A DNA stretch of 56,680 nucleotides, counting the filler, from Sphacelaria rigidula (lineage: Eukaryota): assembly GCA_964200075.2 (NCBI GenBank). It is 6 parts of 6 records of this genome, joined end to end, with 100 filler letters (N's around TTAATTAATTAA, not from the genome) between each part and the next. Parts side by side here need not be neighbours in the genome. Positions count along the whole stretch, not along the records: positions 9,466 to 18,829 come from CAXNAA020008670.1; positions 18,930 to 28,292 come from CAXNAA020008671.1; 4 more parts are not named here. The stretch is one strand, 5' to 3'. This document shows positions 12,429 through 26,000 of this stretch, one piece after another (within the stretch, counting starts at the first letter, position 1; each line of letters opens with the position of its first letter). The notes under the pieces were generated by a model. That model did not search any database and had not been told where the DNA came from. It worked only from the letters and a program-made list of their open reading frames with translations. The position numbers were made by a program, and so were the translations under genes.

Positions 12429-15400
12429 TCAGAAGGTGTATATGTCGTCCTCGTCCTCCTCCCTACCGCCGGCTTTAGCCTCTTCCTTAGCCTTGATGCC
12501 CACACTTTCGCCTTCCCCACCACGCGCCGAGTCATGAGGTTGCGAGGGTAAGCCCGCAGCCTTGTCGGCTGACCTGCGTCGAGATGGGGACAGCGAATCC
12601 CTTATTGGCCCACCCGCTGTTGTCACTCGTGTCGGTGAAGTCTCTGATGTGCTCTTGTCCCTAACCTCGCAAGGGGGGCTTCCTCTGCTGCTGGTTGTGC
12701 CGGTTGGGGTTTTGGTCGTGGAGGCGTTGCCAAGCTTTGTACCTTGTGTCGAGGACTTCCTTTTCTCGGCGTTCCATGCTTCTAACTCCGCCTTGATGGG
12801 GAATATAACGCGTTGTGTGTAAAACAAGCAGCGGTGTTTTGGTTCAAAAGAGACGTTCCAAGACCTGAAGCCATGTTGCGGAGGCCAGCCGTCTTTAAGG
12901 GGGTGTACTCATGACCGTGCATGCAATAGTCATAAGTTTCAGGGGGGAGGTGTTGTCTTTGTTGTGAGATGTTTGTTACTCTTGTTTTCCATCATTTTTT
13001 AGGTCTACTCTGTTTGTCTATTCTACCTCTCTGTTTCCTTCGCTTTTTTTCCCAGCAAGCGGTCCCGTTTTTTTTTGTTATCACGAGTACGTATATCTCG
13101 TAATCACAGCTGCATATCTCATGGATCCGTTAACGTGTGACAACCAATCAACCAATCACCAGAAAAGACGGCGCAGTGTTTTCCGGTCACTTCGTACTGG
13201 GATGTACAGAATTTTCCATGTCAATTTTCCGAAGACTGTGGAACATTCGACGGCATTTTGTCCATTAGACAAGAACCATCCCCGATACCTATACTAGAGC
13301 CAACACACCACTCCACTGAGAGGAATCTAGTCCATCCATGGTCCAATTTACGAGACTCCTACCCTTTTATAAACATCTAGTTGTCGAGGAATGCTACGGT
13401 AGGGTGCGCTTTTTGAAAAACCTTGTCTGGTTCAGGGGCTCCTAACGAGTCTAGATGCACAAGAATATGGATCAGGGCATCCCCGTTTGCAAATTCATTC
13501 GGGATATCCCTAGCGCATTTGAATAGTAATCCTGGCGTACTCTCACATATTTCATGAGTCGTATTTTGGATTACTGTAGATAAAGGGCTCCTAGCGATTC
13601 CAACCTCGGGAAACATTTGTGCACCCCTACCGTAGCATCACTCTGTTGAAAGATCAAGCACAGGCAAAATGCGAAAACGTTAGAGAAATATGCAAAATTC
13701 AATGCAGCACAGCATTTTTCATAGCCAGTTGGGTTGTTGATAAGCGGCGGATTTGAAAGCCTAAGTAGAATGGGCCGATCGAGTCGAAAATTGGACTACA
13801 ACCCGTTCCGTGAGGGCTCCATAGTGTCCCAAGACAGGGTCCATGGCAGGTGGAGCAAAAGGCGGAGATATACTACTGTCGTTTCGGGACCAAAAACGCT
13901 GCCACATATTTCACTCAACGAGACTCAAAGAAAAATGAAACGCATCCTCCCCCCACAAAAAGGAAATGGCGTTGGGTTAAATTATCGGGAAAGAAAAATA
14001 TGAAGGGATCCAAAGGAGCTCAGGGCAGGGGAGGGTACAAAGTGGGGTATGTTGAGGAGTTGATTCCTTGGATGCCATGAAGTACTGAGTACTTATGGCT
14101 GTCGATACCCTGGGTACCCTAAAATACTGAATACTTTCGGTACTCGATACCCTGCGTGCCCTCGAGTACTGGATACTCCAAATACGCTATAAATTTATGG
14201 TGTCCAAGGAAACGTGCTTCATCCTAAGCACATTTGCTGGATGCCGTGCATAGCACGATAGACAGAGGGAGTACACCCCCCTTGAATTCGCAAGGAAGGG
14301 AGGGTACTCAGGGTAGCAAGGGTACTCAGGGTAGGGTCGAGTACAAAAGTACGATATTTGAGGTTGCTGATACCCTGGCTACCCTAGACACCCGGAAATA
14401 GTCGGGAATAGAAGGTATTGGTTGGTTGTCAATATCCTGCGTGCCTGGGGTACAGAGCATTTTCGGCAATCGATACCCTGCATAACATGGAGTATTGGGT
14501 ACCCCCAATATCCTGAAAACCAAGGATACTCCCCGGGTACCCTAGTATCCCACGGTACGTTCGCTACTCTGAGCACCTTCGAAAAACTCTCGTGAAACGT
14601 GAGTGGTGCCGTTAACCCTTAGATGGCGAGCATAGGTTATCTCTTCAATCGGCATCAATAATTTCACTTGAAAAACGTATGCATGATCCAGATGGACTAC
14701 CCTCGCGGTCTGAGGGTTAAGCCGTTGAGCGCCCACAGATAACACAGGAATCTGACGTTCATTTTCAAGGTGAAAATTAGACCAATTCAACAGATGGACA
14801 CCCACGCGATGCCCAAGGGTTGACGATGGGGAAAATATGGTCCTGAAATCACTCTTTTGAGGACGCACTGGGCGAGCAAGAAGCGAGAGCTACAAGGCAT
14901 TGAGTACGGTTCTCGAGTTCCGTATCTTACTCCGTGTACCTTGACTTCCTCGTCGGCCTTGAGTTGGGCTTCGACAAGAGGCTGTCCGGTGAGGGGACAT
15001 ATGCTTCCTTGCTTCGACAGCCACAGCCCAATCATCTGCCGATCAAACAACTGCGAGAATTCGGGCACAGCACGACATTGGGAAGAACCAACAGTCAAGC
15101 GAAAAGCGCTAGGAGATGGAAGCTTGGTGCGAGGATTTACCAAAAGACTCGGAAAGAAAATCCAGCGGTTTCTTTCGAGGCGGGCAGATCATGGCCTACA
15201 CTCGTCATTTTCCCGGCGGACAGCCAGAAGCGATGTTCTCCCCTGGCCTCGCTGTGGATCAATGGTCGAAAATTGCTCGTGTCTTCCTCTGATACTCCCC
15301 CTGCCCATTCCATCGAAATTCAGACGATCTATGTGATGGTTAAGCTCTGCTTTCACCCTCACACAACATCATCGCTTGTCCACGCATAGCTCACGTGCCC

Positions 15401-16586
15401 GTACGGCGTCCGGACTGGATCTCGGACGACCCTCCTTGACAGGCCGCAGATGATTCCCTCGGGCGCTCTTCCCTCGTCCGTTGCCCCGGGCATACGTAAA
15501 GCATTATTCCCCGCTGCGATGTTGCTTCCCCCACTAGATCGGCGGTCGGTATCTGAATCATCACCTTCGGAGAAGGGGCACTGAACGGCATTGGACAGTT
15601 TTCTGCGTATTGGATATCGAAGCTATCGAAAAGCAGGCAACCCATCCAGCCCAGCATTTTGAAACGGACTTGTCTGTGGAGTTCGGCGTCCGCCCTGGCA
15701 TGCTTCTGTTGCCATTTAATGTCCCCGGGATAATGGGGGGAAATCGTACATCATGTCCTCTCCATATTCCACACATTGATAGAGTACTTTCGCTTCCTGA
15801 CCATACATACCTGGCCGCATGGATCCCTGTTTGTTCAAGTACGCGTGCCAAGACAAAGAAGCCCATGTCAAAGGAAGCCAAAGCCCGTCCTATCCTGGGG
15901 ACACACCCACCTACCAAAATCACCGAAATGTACGTCTTACCTCGCCCGATGCTGCCGCTGCTTCGCCGTCGTCGTTGCCTCCATTCTTCCCTGTTAGACT
16001 TGGGTCCCGGGCTCCTTGCTGATTTGACCATTTCAGCGGGTATTGCCGGCGTCAGAGGAAGATGAAGAGATGGAAAGTCGGGCTCGACGAGGTCATGATA
16101 GTTTGGCCGGCGGGCGTTCGGCGCGCAACTTTGTTCCGCGAGGCCTAGCTGTTGGACCGTTTTTGACATGACCGTGTGTGGAATGCAGTTTCGCCGGTGG
16201 CGGGAACAACGTCCAGTAATTTAAGCCACGGCCATACTAAAACTGTCTCAGGGCACAACACAGTATGTCCTACAGTAGTCAGTGTATTCAACAACACGTG
16301 CACGGTTGGTATGGAGGTGCTAGAGTATTATCTAGTCGCCGTACTTGTTCGCCCATTGTGCGGTTCTGGCACCTGACGGTCGCTCGAGAGCGGGAAGATC
16401 TCCGAGCACCCCTCCAGAGTGCAGTGGCCGGCTTCTGTCGTCCCCTTCGTTGTTCCTTGATCGCCCGGGAGATGGCGTCTTAGCATCCCGAGAACGTGTA
16501 GGAGACTTGCTTCTGTCTCCCCGGGAAGGTTTAGCCGTCGTGTTTTCCTTAGCTCCATTTTCGTCGGCCTTGGTTTCCTCCTCTGA
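12429..16586 (-). CDS. U-box domain protein (putative E3 ubiquitin ligase), 5' part not resolved; exons 16586-16373, 16018-15941, 15564-15395, 15050-14940, 12791-12429
   Basis: Phase-consistent GT-AG exons join to APEGIICGLSRRVVRDPVRTPYGH|LFDRQMIGLWLSKQGSICPLTGQPLVEAQLKADEEVK|AELEAWNAEK...DDIYTF*, a canonical U-box. Confidence 0.85.
13386..13643. mobile_element. Sola2-like MITE copy 2 (opposite orientation), in U-box gene intron
   Basis: GAGGAATGCTACGGTAGGGTGC...GCACCCCTACCGTAGCATCACTC; TSD TGTC/TGTT. Confidence 0.85.
14616..14716. mobile_element. 101-bp piggyBac-type MITE
   Basis: TTAA|CCCTTAGATGGCGAG...CTCGCGGTCTGAGGG|TTAA, i.e. CCC..GGG termini with a TTAA TSD. Confidence 0.75.
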
Positions 16587-17589
16587 CTACAATTTCGTTT
16601 TCGTGTGGGATCGTGGCGGAGTGGAGGAGGCAAGAAGGGCTTGGCACTCGTAGTTGACTCAGTAGTTCACATAACGTACTGCTAGCGTGGAGACAGACGG
16701 TTTTATAAACGCTCACGGGGCATCTAGACAGGTACTGTATGCTCCCGCCCCGGCATTCCGCTTGAGGACTGACCGCAAAGATGATACGCATGGTACGGTA
16801 GAGTCCCAGCCTTTAGAACCCTGAAAGTCGGGGAAAGAACTGCGCAGAACACTGCGGTACCGACGGTTGTAATTCGACACATCCCGTGCTGTTTCAGCCT
16901 GCTGCTGATACTTCCGTCGAACCGGATGAGCCCCAATGCCATGCGGTGTGCTCGGTACACCACATTACGCGAGTTTTAACGTATATTTCTGCTTTTTTAT
17001 GTTTGTATCTTCGAGAAACGAAATCCCTGAGACAAATCTTCCCCCTCTCCGCCTCCCCTTCAACCATCGAACTATCCGCGATTCCAAACTGTGAAGACAT
17101 GGTAGCAAACGCTCGTGATGGAAATGATTATTTGGTTGATGCCTTACTATCTCTAAACTCCCTCTTCAGGGAAATGTCGGTCCTTTTCTGCAAGCGGTGA
17201 TAATTCGCGATATGGCATTAGCCCTCTCAGTGCCTAGTCGCCAGATGGCCGCCTGTTTCGAGAGGTGTTCCGACCACCGCAAAAGAGGCAACGCCTGCAT
17301 AGAAACAGCGGACTCTGAGTCCAGTAGAAGGTTCATTGTGCGTTGCTACGCACAAGGCGCATGCTAGAACTTTTTGTGCACAACCACAACTAGCAGCACA
17401 CGCTGACGCGTGGAAATCGCCATGAGCGATAATAGGTCCGCCGGTGTATGCAGCATGGCATGCTCGGCGGTGCGGCGAGTATGGTCATGTTCATACTTCG
17501 TCTTTAACAGACATGGCAGAGACTGATGTAAGAGACAAAACGGTAGTAACAGAAGCCCCAATCGTCCTACCTAGCCATTATCCTGGTTA

Positions 17590-18560
17590 GCTACAGGCTG
17601 GTTCACATTTATCACCCAAAAAACACTCATCGGCAAAACCCCACGCCGTTTCAAGGAGTTGGATCCTGAAATTTTGCACGAATGTTCTATGGGTAATTAC
17701 GCAACTTTCGAAGGTCGAGGTTTTTTTTACTTTCCTTACTTTTTCCACCGTTTTTCGGGGGTCCCAGTTTTTCGGGGGGAAAACCTCGACCGAATCGGAC
17801 AACGGTGACAAGAAAAGAAATGTAAAAACGCGTCCATCCAAAGTTGCGTAATGTTCCAAAGCACAGTTGTGCAAAATTTAAGGGTCTAGCTCCTTAAAAT
17901 GGCGTGAGGTTTTTGGCCTTTGTGCGGTGAAGTTTGCCGAACCGCGGTGAAACCGCAAACTACTTTATTTTAGTACCAAAACGGCGTTTTTGAGCCTTCT
18001 TTGACGTGAACATGGAAATTCAAGCATCAGTTGATCGATTTTTGCGACGAAAAATTGTGGAGCCAATCCTTGGGTTATGCGTAGGCAGATAGTTCGCGAA
18101 AAAATGAAAAAATATATATATATATCGCAGTGCCGTTTTCTGCGGTCCCAGAATGGAGACTACTTCGAAAAACGACTGCGATCCCGTCGGACCCCCGAAA
18201 AACGGTAAAAAGCTCAAGAAGTAAAAAACATCGTCCGTAGAAAGTTGCGCAATGATGCATAGCATATCTCTGCAAAGCCTCAGGATTTAACTCCTAATGA
18301 CAGCGTGAAATTTTGCGCGTTTGTGGAGGACGTGGGCCTGAAACGTGCAACTCTTAACTACTTGGTTTCAGAATGGAAACGTCTGTTGGGGTAAATTTGA
18401 CGTCAAGGCAAGAAAGACTGTATGAGGTTTTCGAGTTTCTCCACCAAACTTTGTACATGTGTTCCTTGGACTGTCCCGGGACGCATCATTTGATCATTTT
18501 TCCTCTAGGGAATTCTTTACCGCCTCCCGGGGGTCTTCATGCTGGGACCCCCGGAAGCCG
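17590..18560. repeat. composite foldback repeat with an about 150-bp unit in both orientations
   Basis: 17620-17770 is inverted relative to 17810-17930 and 18185-18330 (AAAGTTGCG, GGACCCCCGAAAAACGG). Confidence 0.6.
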
Positions 18561-18829
18561 GTAGAGAACGGAGAAACCATGATGTATTGTCAAGAATACA
18601 TTTTTTTTCATTTTGAGCATCAATACTTACGGGACTGCCGAGTTTGAGGGCGATCTGAACTCTTCTACAACAGATATAGGGGACCCCGTCACGAAGCTCC
18701 CTGGGTCTTCCGTGCGTATCATTAGTGGAATTAGACGACGCCAACACCCGACATCACCGAAACATCACGGTTTCGCGTATAATTCGACCCCTGTAGTAAC
18801 CGTTTTAAAAATATGATTTTCTCGTTAGA

Positions 18830-18929
18830 NNNNNNNNNNNNNNNNNNNNNNNNNNNNNNNNNNNNNNNNNNNNTTAATTAATTAANNNNNNNNNNNNNNN
18901 NNNNNNNNNNNNNNNNNNNNNNNNNNNNN
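18830..18929. other. artificial contig linker
   Basis: N44-TTAATTAATTAA-N44. Confidence 0.98.
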
Positions 18930-19009
18930 TTTGGTGCCGATACGAAGATTTCAATTCTCCGGGTTTCTCATCCCCAATAAAAGATCCATCCCCAATTTGT
19001 AGGATCCCG

Positions 19010-19120
19010 TGTTTGTTGTCGTCGTTGTTGATGTTCTCACATTAAAAAACGCTCCGATATCTGCGCGGTACATTCGTACTGGGCATCTGATGCGGACGCC
19101 ATCCGTGGTCACAGGCTAGC
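19010..19120 (-). mobile_element. short retroposon 3' fragment with (CAA)n tail (second copy 46027-46130, plus strand)
   Basis: Near-identical about 105-bp GCTAGCCTGTGACCACGGA..GCGTCCGCATCAGATGCCCAGTACG...TTTAATGT..(ACA)n on two contigs. Confidence 0.8.
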
Positions 19121-20087
19121 TAAGTATAATAAGGTATGAGTTGCAACTTGTGGTTCACGGTGGCGCAGGATACAAAAAAACTTTCCAGTGGGTGGTTTCT
19201 TTCGTGAATTCGGGGGTGGAGTCCACTGTTTCGGCCTAGAGCGTGTAAATGACAACACTTCCTGATAGATGATACAAAATATTTTCGGGATATCTGAACT
19301 ACATGAAAAACAAAAGAGAAGTTCTTATACCCGGAGATTTCGTGCACTGCCCCCCCCCCCCAAATGATGACACTACTTGTGGTATTCACCGTTTTGGCAT
19401 GTTCTACACGATTATATATATATGCAACTAGCTTTTCACAATATATAGGGGTTAGGATACCCCCTTCCCTCTCCATGCTGCGCCGGAAATGGAAAAAATA
19501 ATGGAATGTGGGTCCTGGATTTTTATATTTCCCTACCCTGGTCAGGATCATATTCAGGGCTGAGAGCTTGGTGCAAACGCTAGACACCTTGAAACTCTCT
19601 GGGTTGAGGGCTTAGTTGGCCGCGAAGTTAGTTTTCTCTAGTTCGTCACGGAATTCTACGGATATAGACAGGCTGAACATGCTACGATCCGCCTCCGACG
19701 GTTACACACATACAGAAAATTCACATATCCGAAACACCGATACCGCATTCTACGTAGGCTACCGTATCGGGGGTAATTCGGTCATCGACCTTTTTATGCA
19801 CATCCATACCAACTTCTGGGTACAAACGAATGATCACGCTGCGTAGACAATGAAGACATGGATTTCACCACCAGCACAGAGTCAACACTGTCACACCCGA
19901 GTCGGGTTAAGCGACGGATATATGCCTCATGCTACATACACAACAGTGGACCGAAACATCTCGAAGTCCTCTGCACACCATTGCAACATAATAGTTGGGA
20001 ATAAAAAACAACAATCAGCACAACATGGCTACAGGATCAGAGGAATGCCCATAAACTACTACAGAACACTGGTCTTTGCAGCCGGTT

Positions 20088-23000
20088 CTATTCTCCTCGA
20101 CTCTCGCGTGAGACGCTGCTGCTATCACAATCATCTAAATGAATGTTTCCCTGAGTATCCAATATTCCTCGATCCCGCAACAACGCCTTCGCTTCCTCCT
20201 CTGTCATGTTTTCCATCGCTCGATTTAATCCTTCCTCAGACCATTCGCCTCCCTTGACTGAATCCCAGATATCATTCCGTCGTGAGGTGGTCATGGAATC
20301 GGTTTCTTCTGACACAACGAACGACCTTTGTTGCCCCGATGCTCTCCCCTCAGGATGTCGCCGTTCACCTTCGTACCGATGTGAGTTTTCACGTCCGTAG
20401 TGTTGTTCATTCTCATGACGTTGCAACCCGTAATCACGGCGTTGCTCTCCCCGTCCGTGGTTGTCATCTACACGGTATTCCCGTGCCCGATGTTCCCCCG
20501 CGTGATGCTCCCTTGAGGTAAGTTGTTCGCGCCCAGGAAGTTGCCGTTCACGTCCATAATGTTTCTCGCCGCGTTCATAATTGAACCCTTCGCCACGATG
20601 GTGTCCACCACCACGTTTCCGCTGATGCTCTCGTGTCTCGTTCCATATCGTGCCTTCTTTAGGAGACCGAACACGTCTATCTCCAACACCCTCACAATCC
20701 AATGGACGGCCATCGTTATCGTCATCATCCTTACGACCGCCCCTGACGCTCGATCGGCCTTTGCTGCCTTTCCCACTGACAACGTCCACACTGCCCCTTT
20801 CAGCAGTAGCCGCGTTGCCTATGTCCGATCCCGCAGTGTCCATACCGCTGACGTCAACACATTCAGCAGTCACACCACCGTTTCGCTCCGCTCCACCGTC
20901 ACTGTAAGCAGCTGTATCCCCTCTGTTATCACCCCCTGCACTAGCACCGTCGTCGAATGCTTTCACACGCAAGGCGACCATGAGTGTGTCCCGCCAACTT
21001 TTAGGATGTCTATGACTCTGAGAAATCTTGGATGGGTCAGGCAAATCAGGTGAAGTCGGTGGTGGTTTTCTGCTTGTTGTTTTCACCGCGTTCGCCGTTT
21101 CCTTTGTTTTGACCAGGTGCGCGTTTTCGGTACGGGAAATCTTCGCGTCGTCACTTTGTCTCATCGCCTTGTCGGCGTTGGAGCTGCTGGTAGGGCTGCT
21201 CTCCCCTGCATTGCGATCTCGTCGGTCACTAGTCCCGGCGAGAGAGAGTTCTCGTGACCCTTTCCCACCAGACGAGTATTTCCCCGGAAGCTCGTTGTCG
21301 TCAGCGCCATCCTCGTGAACTTCGCGGTAAATTCCCATTTTCCCCTCAATCGAACGTCCTTCGTTGCTCCTACTTGTGAAATGTTGATCACCCCCCACAA
21401 AATGCCCCTTGTTATCAGCAGTGTCCTGTTTCCTCTTACTAGGCGTATCCTGCCCTTTTCCGGAGGTTACCCGCACCTCTCTCCACTCTTCCCTACTCCT
21501 TAAGTTGGCAGCATTCAAGTCATACCCCAGATCCCCTTCCCTGCCGTCCGTACGTTCCTGGATTCTGTTGTTTCTCCTACCTGGAGGATACTGACCACCC
21601 CCCACAGGCCGTTCGCTGCTGTGGTCAATGACCGCGGTATCTTGCTTTTCCCCGAATGCTTCATCTTCCCCAGAAGTAGGCTCTTCGTTGGCTCTCGTAC
21701 CCGCAGCATACGGCCCATCCTCCACCGTTTGTCCGCCATCTCTGCGGTCCATGTGATGGCCCATTTCTTCGTATCGTGTACCCGTCGTTTCTCGCCGACG
21801 TTCTGTGTCGTGGCCGCTACTTTCAAGCTGAGATCTACCGATTTTGCCTTGAGAACTACTTGCAGAACCGGTCGTGGGGTTGTAGTATGTTTTGGGGATC
21901 GGCCTCGGAGCACCCTTCTGATTCGTACTTTTCTCTCGCTCGTCTCCTTCAGATACCGGCGAAGGATGAGATTCGCTCGCTCTTCTACAGCACAATAGCC
22001 GTTGACAATTACGATGCACCGAAGAATCGGCGAATATTTACGATTCACCGAAGTAACCGTTCACATTCGCGGAGCACAAGATCCGTACGCGATATTGTAC
22101 AGGTACCATGGTCGAAAAATACGGTATTCCGGAGAGTGGGAATTGGGCGAGGAGGCACCAGTGCGGGGTGGACAGGGCACGGGGGGACGAGGCGGCAAAA
22201 CAAGAGGGAAAGTACTGATGCGTCAGTGTGTGCTGGATAGGTGTCAGTGTGCCAGTTGAAGTCGGAGAAGGGAAGAAAGTTGAGAGAGTTCTCATGATAT
22301 GCATGCCATCGTTTTCAGAGAAACACCTACAGTACGAGCTGGTAGAAGATAGGAAGACGTGTCCAGGGATGACCTTTGGGCGGCGGCAGCAGCCACCCTG
22401 TTGCTCCGGGACTTTTTTTTCACGTCATGGTTTTTGAAAATATTTCCCATCCTGCAGACCAAGAGCTGTCGCCCAGGCAAGCCTAAGTACCCTCCTCTTA
22501 TCTGTATCACCGTAAGGTGCCAAGTACAGTGGTGCGATTGCTCCCGGGTCGTAGCACTCGAATATTAACGGTCAAATGTTTTCCCGAGGGTCAACAGATG
22601 ATGACAAGTAGATGCTGGGTACGCTACAGACAGTCCAACAGGAATACGCTGAGAGCTTATGCAGAAGAAAAACGCATGACACAGACGCTGTCTCGCTGTA
22701 GTTGTGGTCGAGCACACTCTGGGCCAAAACGCTAGTGATTTCGGTACTGGATACTGTTGTGATTCCATCATTAGAACCCACCTCAACACACGCTCGAGGT
22801 CTGCCCGTAACGCCCACTCGGGCTCTTTGAGCCCCGCGCTACCGGGCTCAGGCGGGATATTTTGCCCTCGACGGTATTGCCCCGAAACACGCCTCTTGTC
22901 GCCCCGATCAGGACCCTCTCGTGCCGAGGAAGCCGAGAATTTTCTTCCTGCAGCGTCGCGTGAAGAAAGTTCTGCGGATCGTTTCCCTGAAGGATAGTAA

Positions 23001-26000
23001 CGTTCCGGGACTTCTCCGCTTTCCGTAGACTGCGAGAACTTCCTATCACCGCCAACCGCGGAAAAGGCGGAGGACTTTCTGCGTCTGATACCGAGGTTGC
23101 CAGTGGTGGAGATCGTGGTGGTCCTATCGCTAGAATCGGAACATTTTCTGCTGCTCCTGACGGCCGATCCACGCCGTTTGTCTCTGATCGACCGAGAAAA
23201 TCTATCCGCGTTTCTTGTTGAGGAGGCACCGGAGAAGTGGAGAGACTTTTCGCCAGCATTATGTCTTCGAGAAGTAGGAGATGCAGAAACCAGGGGGTCC
23301 TGTACACCCATCCCTTCACCCCTTTTCCTCCACCGATCCCCTCTTATACTATTAGATATTGTGTTCCACCGAGAACTACCCTTCTCTTCTTCCTTGCTCC
23401 TGTTCGCTGCGGGCCCTCTCTTGCCACGCACCGCTGTAGCGTAATCCGGCAAAGATTTGACGGATTCGGTTTCCCTGAAAGAATCCGTTGCTTCCGAAAT
23501 AGCACGACTCGTGCCGTCTTCATTGGCAACGTTGTCAGAACCGGATCGTACCGACTCCGCTCTGTTATCTCCGACTGATTGCTCTCCCTCGAAATACCCT
23601 GTTCCTTTTCTGGAATGTTCTCTGCGGCGTTCAGAACGCTCCTGTGAACGTTCCGTAGCTTGATCTTCGGGATGCACAGGTTCTCCGTTCCTCGACCTGC
23701 TACCGCTTCTCCGCTTGTTCTCCTGTGTGGTGAGTCGAAAATCGTCTCGGTCCTCCTCGAAATAGCTCGTTTCTTTCCGAGACCGTGTTCGAGAGCGTTC
23801 TGCGAGCCCAGAATGTTCCCGAAGACCAGAATGGTCCGCGGAATTCTCTTGAGAATTTATCTCTCCGCCTCCATCTTTTTCACTACTTTTTCTTCGTTCT
23901 CCGGCTGCGTCCCCGCGATCTCCTCGGAGATGTTGGTACCACGCTCTGCGATGCGCCAGGGCTCCCTCCAGGTTAGCCACCGCATATTCCAGGCTCTTGG
24001 ACGCAAACAAACAGGGAGCGGAGTTTCGACCAAATAAAAGACGGGACGGGAAGAATCGCGTGGGGCATGTTTGGTGTCAACCATAACCGAAGTTGTGTGC
24101 GAAACGCTGAACATCTCTCTAAGGTAGAAGAAAGTTTAACGCTAGTACTGTGTCGAGAGGAATTTCGTCAGCCACCGTTGGGGTGCAAGAACTATGGATA
24201 TTTTTTCTTGTTTTGATTTTCTTGCTCGTGTTGGGGTCTCAGGAACCTGACATATATCTACGTCTTTGAGAAAAAACCAAAGGTAGGTAGAGCGGCACAC
24301 GCTCTCGACACCGCCGTCTTGATATACTTGACGGCTAGCTACCTCAATGTTGCCGAGTATCGGCTGTTGGGCACATCGTATTCTATGCTTGCGGCGGTCA
24401 TACTACAGGAACCGCTTTGTAGGAATGCCTCAACTTTCATCCACCTTTGATGATCTGTACCACTGAACCCTCTGTTGTTGTTCCACCAGACATGCACCCC
24501 AGATCGTTTCGTGTCGTACCTCACGTGAATCCCAAGCTTCGAGGGGCAGATCGGGAGAAGCATACCTGATATTTTCATATTTCGAAAAGTGGAGGTCCGA
24601 ACCATGCCCACACGAGCAACCAGCCCAGTGCTCTTGTTCCCCTCACTAAAGCCCATAGAAGTCATTGTGACTGCCTTAGGCAGGTGGTGTACGCCTTTTT
24701 AAACTACCAAAATATCGCGTATACTCTACCCGAGCTGTCCTTGCAAGCTTCTAACCGACGAGTAAGCTCTTGTTGTCGCCCTTCGACGGCGAACATGGTA
24801 CGAGTCGAACAAAACAGAACATAGATCATCTGCCCAGTTTCGAACAAAATTTCTAGTCGTCAGTAAATTTTCCATCCGTTTCAGACGACTTCTCGAAAGT
24901 TCTTGGAACTTGTAGTCACTCTACAAGATTTTTTTTTCCAAACGCCAGTAAAAAGCCCTGATTGATATATACCGTTGCATACACTACAAATACTGTGTGT
25001 CTCAGGCGCGAAGAAGTTGTTGTGTTCTTGCCGACGTGTAGAAAGGGTATGTGCTTGCTGGCACTCATCACATGATGAAAAACTGGACGTACTCGACAAA
25101 AGGGTACACATGCACAGCTAACCCCGATTCACAACGGACCCACACGAGTGGGACCGCTCCAACGACTCAAACGGTGGCGAATGAATGCTGCGCTCGTTTT
25201 TCACATTCAACATATTTGCGATCACTGACGGTTGTGAATGAACGCTGCGTTGGTTCTTCACTCCCCATAGACTTGCAATCCTGACCGTCACCGGCACATA
25301 ACCCAAGCACTTTTCTCTTCCCTCGAGCTGTAAACGCATCGCCCCCACCTCGATCTTCCTCTTAGCCTGCTCATGCTCGGCCTGCCGTCGCCCCTGCACG
25401 CATGCCAGCCGAGCCCTGAGGGACGTCGCTTCGTCCTGTAAAGGACGTAGCTCCGCCCGCAGTGCCTTTCCCTCTTTTTCCGCCCTAAACACGAGGAATT
25501 TGTGTTCCAAACGGTACCGCCGCGGGTAAGGTGCAACAACAAGTTATTGTATCGAAATACCGTACTGTTTCCTGCAAAAAACTTCACGTTCGTGTCCAAA
25601 ATAAACAAGCAACTTGCTCGTGAGGTTAGGCCTTGATCCGCGAAAGAGACGTGCATTTTCAAGTCGCTTTCGCCAAAAACAAAATCCAACCGCTGCGAGC
25701 AAAAGACAAGAGTTCACCCGCATATTTCAAGTAAGTTGACTCTTTAAATCTATCCGGCGAGAGAAAAAGCGGTTCTTCCCCCCTTGAAATCTGCAAACAT
25801 TCAAGCACCTTCGCATGGCCTCTGCGGAGGCGGTGCGTGCTGCTTCCAGCGCCCGTTTCCCATCCTTTTCTCGCGAATTGACTTTCTCAAGCTCCGTCTT
25901 CAGCCTCGAAGTGTCTTCCTCTTGCACCCTGAGAGCCGCTCTGGCGTCGCTGAGCTCTTGGAGCTGTGTTGAATATTTTCCAAGATTCGTCCCAGAACAA

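Noticed and set aside
16890..17200. Additional upstream exons of the U-box gene
   Set aside because: Candidate acceptors exist, but no convincing in-phase donor could be assigned.
20206..24037. Numerous plus-strand ORFs
   Set aside because: Antisense shadows of the large minus-strand exons.
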